Shown piece after piece: positions 63,453 to 64,000 of a DNA stretch of 64,000 nucleotides. This stretch comes from Oscillospiraceae bacterium. Its GTDB lineage: Bacteria; Bacillota; Clostridia; Oscillospirales; CAG-272. The position numbers and the translations under genes were made by a program. The first letter of the stretch is position 1, and each line of letters starts with the position of its first letter. The DNA lies in the NCBI GenBank assembly GCA_015064355.1, contig SVSJ01000011.1:596-64595 (forward strand). The letters run 5' to 3'. Below the pieces are notes generated by a model. The model had not been told where the DNA came from, did not search any database, and was given only the letters and a program-made list of their open reading frames with translations.

Positions 63453-64000
63453 ATGGCAAAAGAAATCAAACTCGATGCAAATGGCAAGCGCAAGTTCGGT
63501 ATGATGGACAAGCTTGCATATGCTGCAGGCGACATCGGCTGCAACATGAGCTTCGGCCTCAAGGGCACTGTTCAGACCTTCTGGCTTATCTACATGACAA
63601 TTGAGACCGGTCTCCTTTCCGCTCTCCTTCTTCTCGTTCAGATCTGGGACGCTGTTAACGACCCGATCATCGGCGCAATAATCGACGCTGACAAGAGAAA
63701 ATACAAGATGGGTAAATTCAAGACCTACATCTTCATCGGTGCTCTCGGTCTTATTATTGGCGGCGCGGCAGTATTCCTTCCTTTCCCGAACGCATCCGTT
63801 GTTGTTAAGGCTATCCTCTTTATCCTCGGCTATGTAATTTGGGACGCAGCATATACAATGGCAAACGTTCCTTACGGCTCCATGCTTTCTCTCGTAACTG
63901 ACAATCCCTCCGAAAGAGCACAGCTCTCCACATGGAGATCCATCGGCTCTATGGTTGGTAATATGCTCCCCAGCATCATTCTCCCCTTCCTTATTTGGGA
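63453..64000 (+). CDS. GPH-family glycoside/hexuronide:cation symporter, 5' part (runs off the right edge)
   Basis: My translation gives MAKEIKLDANGKRKFGMMDKLAYAAGDIGCNMSFGLKGTVQTFWLIYMT...VQIWDAVNDPIIGAIID. The DxxNDP motif is typical of GPH/MelB-like transporters. Confidence 0.7.
   Translation, partial: MAKEIKLDANGKRKFGMMDKLAYAAGDIGCNMSFGLKGTVQTFWLIYMTIETGLLSALLLLVQIWDAVNDPIIGAIIDADKRKYKMGKFKTYIFIGALGLIIGGAAVFLPFPNASVVVKAILFILGYVIWDAAYTMANVPYGSMLSLVTDNPSERAQLSTWRSIGSMVGNMLPSIILPFLIW

Overview
This 64-kb window looks like a chromosomal region of an anaerobic Gram-positive bacterium. I infer a Clostridia lineage, Oscillospiraceae/Ruminococcaceae-like, only from gene content: SLH domains, cohesin/dockerin modules, sortase pili and Na+-decarboxylase genes. 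Most genes are on the minus strand. All domain calls come from motifs I recognise by eye; no searches were run.

Layout:
- 1-9.8 kb: a sortase-dependent pilus operon. It encodes a coiled-coil protein, signal peptidase I, a 1599-aa tip-type adhesin, the major pilin, a class C sortase, a CnaB pilin and a second sortase-fold gene cut by the window edge.
- 10.1-11.4 kb: an SGNH hydrolase, followed by a decayed IS200-like element.
- 11.8-20.4 kb: four tandem paralogues of one ~490-aa right-handed beta-helix (pectate-lyase-fold) core. Each has a different surface-anchoring module: lipobox plus TEAPx linker, SLH, SLH, and Ig-like plus dockerin. Three near-identical sigma-A promoters serve these genes.
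- 20.6-37.3 kb: a cohesin/dockerin gene set. It comprises a membrane-anchored cohesin protein, a 2578-aa dockerin-tagged protein built almost entirely of Cys-rich zinc-ribbon-like modules, and a cohesin + dockerin + LRR adaptor. This block is interrupted by a Na+-decarboxylase membrane module, PiT/DUF47 phosphate genes and an intact IS200-type tnpA.
- 37.4-37.8 kb: a non-coding, MITE-like array of GTGATA 9-mers.
- 37.8-44.1 kb: a cluster of signal-peptide-less glycosidase-like, ceramidase-like and isomerase genes.
- 44.3-64 kb: regulators, a duplicated lipoprotein, transporters (GltS-like, ChrA halves, NhaC, GPH), an acyltransferase, and uxuA plus an SDR under an AraC regulator.

I saw no rRNA, tRNA, CRISPR array, integrase or recognisable defence genes.

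The candidates I rate most novel are:
- the non-CAZyme cohesin-dockerin surface network with its giant Cys-rich cargo;
- the four-way anchor swapping on a single beta-helix core;
- the pilus tip protein carrying a CHAP-fold domain whose catalytic residues appear to be replaced.
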